From Candidatus Poribacteria bacterium (GTDB lineage: Bacteria; Poribacteria; WGA-4E; PCPOR2b): a DNA stretch of 64,000 nucleotides. The position numbers and the translations under genes were made by a program. Shown piece after piece: positions 49,395 to 57,735 of this stretch. The notes under the pieces were generated by a model. That model was not told the DNA's origin. It did not search any database and was given only the letters and a program-made list of their open reading frames with translations. Within the stretch, counting starts at the first letter, position 1. Each line of letters starts with the position of its first letter. The DNA lies in contig OZ244042.1 in the NCBI GenBank assembly GCA_965215015.1, forward strand, positions 1,632,001-1,696,000, given 5' to 3'.

Positions 49395-51065
49395 TTACTC
49401 GCGCCATGCTTGCTGGCTGAGGATATCATCCTGACTCAGCTCATCGAAGATAAGAGCTGTATTGCTACCGTCCGCATCCATAAGCCAGATACCCAAACTA
49501 CCGTTGCGGTTACTACTGAAGATAATCTTCGTTCCATCAGGCGACCAACACGGATAGCCATTGTAACCGTCCTCGGTAGTCAATCGGGTTTGGCGCAGCG
49601 AAAACAGATCCAGGATATACACAGCAGCACTAAGCGGATCACTTTCCCGGGTAAAGGCCAATTTCGAGCCATCCGGACTCCAATCCGGGTGGATATCGTA
49701 GTTTTCACCAGTTGTCAAACGTTGAATACCCTCTGCTGTTGCTGGCGGCTCAGCACTCGGTGCCTGAGGCGGATCGCCCTCCCCATCCTTTTTCTGGTCC
49801 TCGTCATCTGGTGTTTGATGCGGGTCAGGTTCTGGTTCGGGTTCAGGCTCAGGCTCTGGTTCAGGCTCGGGCTCTGGTTCGGGCTCTGGTTCAGGTTCAG
49901 GCTCTGGCTCCAGCTCTGCTTTCGTTGGAGGTGCCTCCTTGGCCGCGAGAAATGTCTCAATGTCCACCACAAAAAGGTTCCGAATCCCTTGCTGCAGGGC
50001 ATGGTTATAGGCAATCTGAGTGCTGTCAGGCGACCATGTAGGTCTAGAGTCTGCGTGACAGTCGGAAAGTCGAACTCGATCTTCACCATTCACATTCATG
50101 GTGTAAATTGCTGGTTGCCCCAAGGCTCGCGCGTGAACAAAAGCGATGCGACGGCCATTAGGAGACCAAGCCGGATGCCGATCGTTAAAGTGGTCCCCGC
50201 TGATAAGCCTTGCGTTGCCGCCGCGGCTATCCATAATATAGATTTGTGATAGACCCCTATTTTCTGACCGGCTGAAGATAATTTCCTGACCGTTGGGGGA
50301 CCAGGCGGGGTGTACATCGAAGAGGTGTGTCAATGGTTGCTCGCCTGTGCGATCTGCGTTAATAACTGAAATCCCAAAAAAGTCCCTGCTGGCAACATCT
50401 CCACGCATGAAAACAATCTGCCCCGTTACTTTGCGTTCGATAGAGATTCTTCGCGAGACATCGCTATTACCAATAATGATACCCGGAATGCGTGTCGTGT
50501 GATAGCCCGGCTTTTCCGCAGTCAGATTGTATTGCCCCTTGGAGACCGGGGAGATTTCGTACTGTCCCCCTCTACCCGTCACTGCCGCACGTTCACCTAA
50601 AGAGATAAGGACATCTTTCACAGGATTCTCATCGTCAGAAACCACCGAACCTGTAAACCTGACGCCGGGTTCAAGGCGAAAATTAACGGTTGCAGCCTCT
50701 TTGCGAGTGACTTTTACCACCGCTTGTTGGTTTATGTAACCAGGGGCATTGATCTTCAGGGTATAGTCCCCGTTTTTGAGCTCTTCAAATGTGAAGATTC
50801 CACTAGGATTGGTAGTTGTTGAAGCGATCTCTTCCTGTTCGATATCGCCGCCTGGGAGTTTCTTATCCAGGACCAATGTGACTTGGACACCTGTGAGCCC
50901 CTGCTGTGTGACCAAATCTGTAATGACTCCTTTGACGATTCCCTCCGGTAGGACCACAACCTCGGGACCGGTATCAACAACTTCGTCATCACCACAACCG
51001 ATAAAAAATGCGAACAGAGTTAAAGCAAAAAGACCGAGATAGAAGTAACGGATTAAGTTCGCCAT
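49395..51065 (-). CDS. Lipoprotein with carboxypeptidase-regulatory-like domains and TolB/PD40 beta-propeller
   Basis: Lipobox FIGC; YTLKINAPGY and YNLTAEKPGY domains; several PAWSPNG/WSPDG repeats. Confidence 0.9.
   Translation of the reverse strand: MANLIRYFYLGLFALTLFAFFIGCGDDEVVDTGPEVVVLPEGIVKGVITDLVTQQGLTGVQVTLVLDKKLPGGDIEQEEIASTTTNPSGIFTFEELKNGDYTLKINAPGYINQQAVVKVTRKEAATVNFRLEPGVRFTGSVVSDDENPVKDVLISLGERAAVTGRGGQYEISPVSKGQYNLTAEKPGYHTTRIPGIIIGNSDVSRRISIERKVTGQIVFMRGDVASRDFFGISVINADRTGEQPLTHLFDVHPAWSPNGQEIIFSRSENRGLSQIYIMDSRGGNARLISGDHFNDRHPAWSPNGRRIAFVHARALGQPAIYTMNVNGEDRVRLSDCHADSRPTWSPDSTQIAYNHALQQGIRNLFVVDIETFLAAKEAPPTKAELEPEPEPEPEPEPEPEPEPEPEPEPEPEPDPHQTPDDEDQKKDGEGDPPQAPSAEPPATAEGIQRLTTGENYDIHPDWSPDGSKLAFTRESDPLSAAVYILDLFSLRQTRLTTEDGYNGYPCWSPDGTKIIFSSNRNGSLGIWLMDADGSNTALIFDELSQDDILSQQAWRE
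49827..49910 (-). repeat. (Glu-Pro)14 coding repeat
   Basis: 84 nt of GAR-CCN with mixed synonymous codons. Confidence 0.95.
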
Positions 51066-51261
51066 AAGAATTCATGGGTATGTTTATCCGGCAGTGCTAG
51101 ATAAACATACCGCTTCCTCCCTTCAAAATTCGCCTGTTGGCAAAATGTGAGGCGTTAAACCTTCATAAGATAGTAGCGGAAGATAGTTCCAGAAGTCAAA
51201 AAATCAATCATGTGATTCCTTCAACCTTCCCCCTACTGTTGGCGGATGTTTGACCAGAAAT

Positions 51262-52869
51262 TTACAATTTCTGTGTGACAATTGGTGCTTTCTTCCGATA
51301 ACTATCGTCACCAGAGTTTTTAACTGTTTCCGGAACGTAGTTGCTATAATCCGAAATATTCCCATGTGTGATGGCATAAATGACAATATTAATCAGGTGA
51401 CGCGCCGCGTGTGGCGCAAACTCCTCTAAAATCTGATTCTGATTTTGAAACTTGCCGTAGAACGGTTTCTGGACTTTGCCATCAATTACATGCATCATCT
51501 GTTCGGTATCAACTAAGACGGCAAGCCGTCCATCAATCGTGATACCTTGTAGCTCGGAATAGGGACCAAAGTGAAGAGGGATGGTATGGCCGAAAGCCCC
51601 TACCTTGCGCAACGGAAAACGCAAAGGACCATTTAGTGAGTAATAGGTGTTGTAAATCGGGTGATCATTGGGAATAAATCCAAGTTGATACTCCGGCAGC
51701 AGTTCCCGCAACACCTTTCTTGTGCCTTTCATTGCGTTATCCGTATTCCCATGCGTTAAGATGTAGACAAACCCTCCACGATTAATCACATACTCCCGTA
51801 GTCTTTGGACTTCAGCATCGGTGTACTTACTTAATCCACCCGGACGCGCAATATTCCAGATTGGATTGCTGTGAGAATTGAAGACTCGCTGCCTATGTTC
51901 TGGACTTATCTTTGAGCCACCCGGTATAGGTTCCATAAAAAGAATCGGGGTCTGAAAGAAGGCGGCATCCTTCAGTTGGACTGATTCTACAAGTTGGGTT
52001 TTGATTTTCGTTTTTTGATTCAGTGATTGCACTAAATAGGACAGACCTGCCCCAAATCGGAAATTACCCACACCGCTGCCTCATATATCTGCGCTTGGAT
52101 GAAGCGGATCTTCAAAACGCGCGAGGTTTAATCGCCCCATCATATCGCGTCCCCGGCCCACAACTATAGCACCCGGACTGCCTGAGGGGAGGGCAGGCAC
52201 ACCACCCCCTAGCGTCACCTGTTCGCTGACGTTGGAAAGGGTGTCCTCAATGTTCGTTGCCCCTTCGGCACCGACCAGTGAACCTATTCCAACGCCACCT
52301 CTTGTCCGGACCCGATTCACACCACTGCCTGTACCGAAATCGCCCCGCCCTACCCCCCTACCACTCCCTCCACCTATACTGCCAGATCCTGAGAGTGAAC
52401 TAGTGCCGCGCATTCCCGCAGCGAGTGGAGCATCTGATTGAATGGGGAGATCGACAGCAGTGGCAAGTAATTGGGCGGGACGGTCATTGACGCGAGAAGC
52501 CCCTTGAACAGCAATTTCTGCACGCGCAGATTGTGTTGAAGGGCGGGAAACCGGGGCGGCCACTGCTGCGGTCTTCGGCGCAGATACGGAGGTAGATCTC
52601 ACCTGGGCCGTCAGGGATCGGGTCTGCACCAACATTGACTGAGGTTCGGTTTGAAACTTAGGCGTAGGTGCTGGCACGACGATAGGGGCCTTGACACGGG
52701 GTGTTTTCTTCACGAGCGGCAGCGGTTCAACTTTGAGAATGCTCACGTCTATGGCATCAACATTGCTCGGAGTGATTTGGTTGATAATGATGAAGCTGAA
52801 GACAATTGCAAGGCATAGATGTACCACTAGAGAGATGAGCCAGAAGCGGTACTTGTGATGAGATTTCAT
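51262..52869 (-). CDS. Membrane-anchored DUF4159-like protein with in-frame TGA (putative selenoprotein, Sec263, 535 aa)
   Basis: AAGGAGG RBS, ATG 52869; TGA 52081-52083 is in frame with 51262-52080; EVQRLREYVINRGGF, IPNDHPIY, LQGITIDGRLAV and INIVIYAITH are DUF4159-like; SECIS-like hairpin downstream of the TGA. Confidence 0.75.
52037..52054 (-). promoter_or_regulatory. Putative bacterial SECIS hairpin
   Basis: UGGGGCA-GGUC-UGUCCUA, loop starting 33 nt after the UGA; apex resembles E. coli fdhF GCAGGUCUG; conserved at 53425-53442. Confidence 0.65.
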
Positions 52870-53349
52870 GGCAGTAACCTCCTTAAGCAAATAATTGGCG
52901 TTTAACATACTTCCACACGCTAAAGTCCGATTCAGTGTATCTAGGGGACATTACCGAACGATGAATCTACACTATATCGGGATTCGTAAAGTCCCAAGTG
53001 CATGTGAAATTCCGCTATCAACAACTCTTACTACCCGAAGGGGATTCGGTGAATCGTAGATTTACCTCCGCTCGACCCAAGGTAGGCTTACGATGTCTCG
53101 TCCGATGGACGATATGCTGTCCATTTTCGATATTCACTACTGCTTTAGGCGATTCAGAATGAAAGGTTTTTGCAACAGTTCATTTTGCGCTGACACTAAT
53201 GACCCGGCAGGATGGCAACCCATTGATTAACTCAGCAGATTACAACAGGGAACACCACCCATTGCTTGGTCAGCCGTCAATCATACCCTGTTACTTAAAA
53301 AAGTATAGCACATCTTTGTTAGAAATACAATCTTTTAATAGGAGATAAG

Positions 53350-53760
53350 GATACAGCCTTCATTTCGACAGCTTCGACAAGTTGTGTTTTAATCTTGGTG
53401 TTTTGATTCAGTAATTGTACTAGATAGGGCAGACCTGCCCCAAATCGGATATTCCCGATACCACCGCCTCATATATCCGCGCTTGGGTGAAGCGGATCTT
53501 CAAAGCAGGCCAGGTTTAATCGCCCCATGATATCTTGTCCACGACCCACAACAATAACACCGGGTGTTCTCAGCGGGAAGTTCAGGCACGCCACCCCCAG
53601 GATTACCTTTTCGGGGACATTGGAGAGCGTGTCTCCAATGTTCGCCGTTCCTCCAGCGGAAACTAGTGAAGTCAGTCCAACGTTTCCTCGTCCCCATATC
53701 TGATCCATGCCATCTCCTAAACTGAAGGCATCACGTCCAACACCGTTACCCCCTTGATTG
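53350..53760 (-). pseudogene. Truncated, frameshifted paralog of the 51262-52869 gene spanning the TGA/SECIS region
   Basis: ...GRLNLACFEDPLHPSADI-TGA-GGGIGNIRFGAGLPYLVQLLNQK then frameshift to TKIKTQLVEAV; TGA at 53469-53471. Confidence 0.85.
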
Positions 53761-54305
53761 TGGGCTTTTGAGGCAAATGTTACTGCGTACCGAGCAATCT
53801 TTGTGCCAATATAAAAATATCGCTGAAACTTCAAAAATAGTTGGGAGGCACATTTTACTGATTAGGACTTACGTCGTTGAACGTTCAAAGGAAACACCAA
53901 CCCCTGCTGCGCGACTGTCCGAGTGGGTTAGCCAGGATTATGGCGCGAGAGTCATGGTATCTTTCAGGGACTCATCACCGGATAATACCACTCACGCCGC
54001 CCGATGAATCGGGCAACTACAGTTCATCCGACAGTTGTAGGCCTACTCCCTTAAAGACGCGGGTTGAATTGCGCTACTACAAACTCAAGGGCGTAACTTC
54101 TACATGGTAACAATAACGGTTGGATTTGGTCCGAAATATTGAATGGTGCGCGAATGTTTGACAGTAGTGTTCAGATTTTGAACAGCTGCCAATAAAACTG
54201 TAAGAGCGGGCTCCCGATCTCGACACTCGCTAGCCTCTGACGAGGAGAGTCGTATGACTTATTCTCTTGCAAGTGGAAAGGAAAGCAGGCTGGCCTGAAC
54301 TGACG

Positions 54306-54337
54306 AGGCGGTGGACCTCGGTCTACCGCCTTTTTTT
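54306..54337 (+). terminator. Strong intrinsic terminator with no upstream CDS
   Basis: AGGCGGTGGAC-CTCG-GTCTACCGCCT followed by a T-run. Confidence 0.8.
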
Positions 54338-55045
54338 ATTGATGAAGAAGGAAGGTCCCCCTTTTGCCGCCTTCCCTTAGACAAACTTAATCAATCGCGA
54401 TTCAGACAATTCTCCACGGGGGCATAGACACAAGTTGGAAAGAAACTCATCAACTGTGGCAACCCTGCATCGGCAAAAACAACCATCTCACTGACCCCTT
54501 CAATTAAATGATTGTCAGTTTGAATGAAATCAGCCTGCAAATCCTTCCATCCTAAAAATCCTAATTCAGATGGCCTTGAATCCCGAAGATACCAACACCA
54601 TTGCGCTACGGTTCTAGGCTTAATGAGCCCGGCGGGTCGCGCAACATATCGGGTATTTTCAGGGCAAGAATCTGTGTCATCCGCTTCAGCCGTTTAAGCC
54701 GCGTCAATCCGCGATCGGGATTCAGACAACTATTATGAGCACCCCTCATTTAGTTTTCGACATTTTATTTCTATATGTCAACGTTTTTTTCTCTGTTTTC
54801 TGATCAATTCTTGCTATAATTTACTTGGTTCATGTTAAGAAATTGTGAAATAGAACCCGGTTTTTTTCGCTCCCCCCTCAGTCCCCCGCAAGCAGGGGGA
54901 AGGGGACGGTTTCTCTTCGTGTTTTGCACTCTCTTTTTAGATGAGCCATTTACTTTACGTGGGTGGAGGGCAAAATGGAATAGAATCTAAAAGAATACAG
55001 CATTATTGTGAGGTTGTCCAACTTATGGGCGAAAGGAGCACTATC

Positions 55046-56461
55046 ATGGTCGATCAGCAGTACCTTCTCAATAACGAACAGATACAGCATTTCATCAAAA
55101 ATGGGTATATCACAATCCACCCCAATTTACCCGATGTCCACGAAGAAATCTATCGGGAGACTGCAACAATATTTGAGAAAGAGGGAGACCCACGAAACCA
55201 TATCCTCCAAAAAGTTCCTGGACTGTATCAGGTTTTTGCCCATCCGACAGTCCGCGGTGTGCTGACCAGCCTCCTTGGACCGAATTACATGATGCACCCA
55301 CACCGCCATGCACACATGAAGCAGCCGGGACAAAAAGGGGGAGCCTGGCATCAGGATGGCAGATCGAAACATTTCACAACGAAAGATCACGGATGGCTTT
55401 TTGAATGGAGACGACACCATTGTTTTCGCTCTGTTTGGGCGTGGTATTATCCGCAGGAAGTCACCGAGGATATGGGGCCGACAGCAGTTATACCGGGGGT
55501 GCAGTACTACGATTTGGAAAGTATGCGGCACTACAACAATGCTTATAGCGATCCGGAGATTGGTACACTGCTTTGTGGAAAGGCAGGCACGGTCACGATT
55601 GGGCATTACCATCAGTGGCATAGTAGTTGGGGGACAAATCATAGCAACAAGAATCGTTACATGATCAAGTTTCTCTTTACCCGCACGGAAGAGCCGCTAC
55701 ACCCCTCTTGGAACACCAACGGCATTGCTTCTACGGATATGGAACTGCTTACCGACGACGCACCGACCCCCGGTCAAGAAACGGTCTGGAAGCATGTATG
55801 GGGTTGGTTAAACGGAGACAGTGAGGCAAGGGCAAAAAATGGGGAAAATGGAAACCACGTCTCTCAATTGATTGGCATATTGCGCGAGGCCTCCGCCTCC
55901 GCTCGCCTGAATGCCGTTTATACCCTCGGAGCGATTGGTCTGCCTGCGGTAGATCCGTTGATAGGAATACTACAGCAGACCGCTGAACCCGTTGAGATTA
56001 CGGATGAGCCTATCTTAACCCATGCAGCGTATGCCTTGAGCGCAGTCGGATCCCCAGCTGTCCCCGCGCTAATGTCTATACTCAACGACGATGCGGCCTG
56101 GTGGGTGCGTGCGACCGCTGCGGATATCTTGGGCGATATTGGTAGACCTGCCACAGAAGCTAGCCCCGCCTTGATTCTGGCTCTAGATGATCCATCCGAG
56201 TGGGTCCGTCGCAATTCCGTGAATGCGTTAGGGACAATTGGGGCAGGGAGGGACGCATTGGTAGCAACTTTGAAGGATTCCCATCCGTTGGTTCGCAGCA
56301 GTGCGGTGAATGCACTGACTAGGACGTGCAAAGGAGCTGATGAAGGCATTGACGCTGTCAGTCGTGCGCTGTCAGAGCTAATCTATAACGACGAGTACGC
56401 TATCATCCGCGAGTATGCAATCGGTGCGTTGGAAGAGATAGGCTTGCACGCCAGCAACTAA
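55046..56461 (+). CDS. PhyH dioxygenase fused to HEAT/PBS-lyase repeats
   Basis: WHQDG, MGPTAVIPG, QWHS; C-terminal VRATAADILGDIG and VRRNSVNALGTIG repeats; AAAGGAG RBS. Confidence 0.88.
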   Translation: MVDQQYLLNNEQIQHFIKNGYITIHPNLPDVHEEIYRETATIFEKEGDPRNHILQKVPGLYQVFAHPTVRGVLTSLLGPNYMMHPHRHAHMKQPGQKGGAWHQDGRSKHFTTKDHGWLFEWRRHHCFRSVWAWYYPQEVTEDMGPTAVIPGVQYYDLESMRHYNNAYSDPEIGTLLCGKAGTVTIGHYHQWHSSWGTNHSNKNRYMIKFLFTRTEEPLHPSWNTNGIASTDMELLTDDAPTPGQETVWKHVWGWLNGDSEARAKNGENGNHVSQLIGILREASASARLNAVYTLGAIGLPAVDPLIGILQQTAEPVEITDEPILTHAAYALSAVGSPAVPALMSILNDDAAWWVRATAADILGDIGRPATEASPALILALDDPSEWVRRNSVNALGTIGAGRDALVATLKDSHPLVRSSAVNALTRTCKGADEGIDAVSRALSELIYNDEYAIIREYAIGALEEIGLHASN

Positions 56462-56642
56462 CATGAGTTGCTAGGACGTATTGATATTGGACAGATTGAA
56501 TCCATTTCCATTCCGCAAGGCTTCAATCTGATGCACCGTGAGGATCTTTCAGATAACCGCCCCGTTTGTTTTTAGTAGATCGTCCGTTGACTCCAACCTT
56601 TGCTGAATTGGGGACAGTCAAATGTCAACATGCCTTAGCCAC

Positions 56643-57236
56643 TTACATTAATGAAGCGTGTTCTAAGAGACCACCCGCGTCCAGCACCCGCCAGAAGGTA
56701 TAATCCGCGTGGTGGACGATCGTGTTCTCCAAGCTGCGGACAACTAACTCACCCTCACCCGAATGTGCACCCGCTGTGTGTGCGACGGCCTCCGGAAGCC
56801 CGACCGTCAGGCAGACGTGGACGCCGTAGCCCGGATGCCGAATTGATGGAAACCCAGCAGCACTCGGTGATTCTCGCCAGCGGGCCTGGTTTGCCGGATC
56901 AAATTCCCACGGCTTGCCCACATCATGGCACAACGCGCAGGCGATGAGAAGATCGCGATCCACTCCAAGCTCAGGAAACATCGCCATCAGTTCGTCTCCG
57001 ATCCGTATCGCAAGTAAAGTGACTCCACGGATATGGTGGGTCTGTGTCCCCCGCTTGAGCGGCGGCGTATCTGGATTGCCCGACGCACGAATTTCGTCAA
57101 TAGATTTGAATGAACTTTTCCCAAGCGAGTAAGCCCACGCATCGATAACCTGAGCACGCAAGGTTTCGTCGCCGATCTCGTTCACTTCGGGCAATGAGCG
57201 AATGACTGATTGTCGTAACTCTTCAGAAATTTGCAT
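56643..57236 (-). CDS. HD domain protein
   Basis: HIRGV, LCHDVGK, RHPGYG, AHSGEG, HHAD. Confidence 0.88.
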   Translation of the reverse strand: MQISEELRQSVIRSLPEVNEIGDETLRAQVIDAWAYSLGKSSFKSIDEIRASGNPDTPPLKRGTQTHHIRGVTLLAIRIGDELMAMFPELGVDRDLLIACALCHDVGKPWEFDPANQARWRESPSAAGFPSIRHPGYGVHVCLTVGLPEAVAHTAGAHSGEGELVVRSLENTIVHHADYTFWRVLDAGGLLEHASLM

Positions 57237-57344
57237 AATCCCCTCCTAATACAAATCTTTGATAGTACAAGCCGTGTCCAGAGGACGCGTCGAAAGCAGT
57301 AAAATCCCCCTGTCTGCTCTTATCGAAGTTATTGTCCACACTCT

Positions 57345-57687
57345 CTAAAACATAGAAAAATCAATTTCCTTCGCTGTGATGAATTCCAGCAAAGTTGGAA
57401 CGCCTTCCCCTGTTTGCTGGATCCCACGTTTGATGGCAGGAATGATTTGGCTCGCTATAACCGTCGAATTTCTTTGCCATATCGGCGTGGTTTCCAGATA
57501 TGTCCGTGCTGCGATATTTCTCAGTAGATAGCTGCATGATTGGCAATTCAATCGCCATGGAGAAATTTTGGTAATTCACGGGTGCGAATTCCCACAGCGG
57601 CAGCGATAATTGCATTGACTAGATAGGCAAAGGGATATTCCACACCCTCTGCCTCCAAATTTGGGCGACAGCATCGGCAACTTTCAT
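57345..57687 (-). pseudogene. Thiamine-diphosphate enzyme (acetolactate-synthase-like) remnant with large internal deletion
   Basis: AAGGAG RBS, MKVADAVAQI/EAEGVEY.FAY N-terminus joined via frameshifts to NFSMAIE...DISGN.ADMA...IIPAIKRGI...LLEFIT C-terminus. Confidence 0.7.
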
Positions 57688-57735
57688 AAAGTCTCCTTAA
57701 TTTTATTTTGAAGTGAATTTATTTCGGAAAATCAT

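Noticed and set aside
49827-49910. Tandem repeat as a CRISPR array or contingency locus
   Set aside because: It is a 6-nt coding repeat with synonymous variation, no spacers and no cas genes.
49410-50249. Long antisense or alternate-frame ORFs (also 4038-4736, 26183-26749, 62742-63482)
   Set aside because: They are shadows of well-supported genes on the opposite strand, with no RBS or recognisable motifs.
54237-54294. Hammerhead ribozyme (CUGACGA ... GAAA)
   Set aside because: Stem II is not closed directly before GAAA, and there is no stem III or NUH cleavage triplet.
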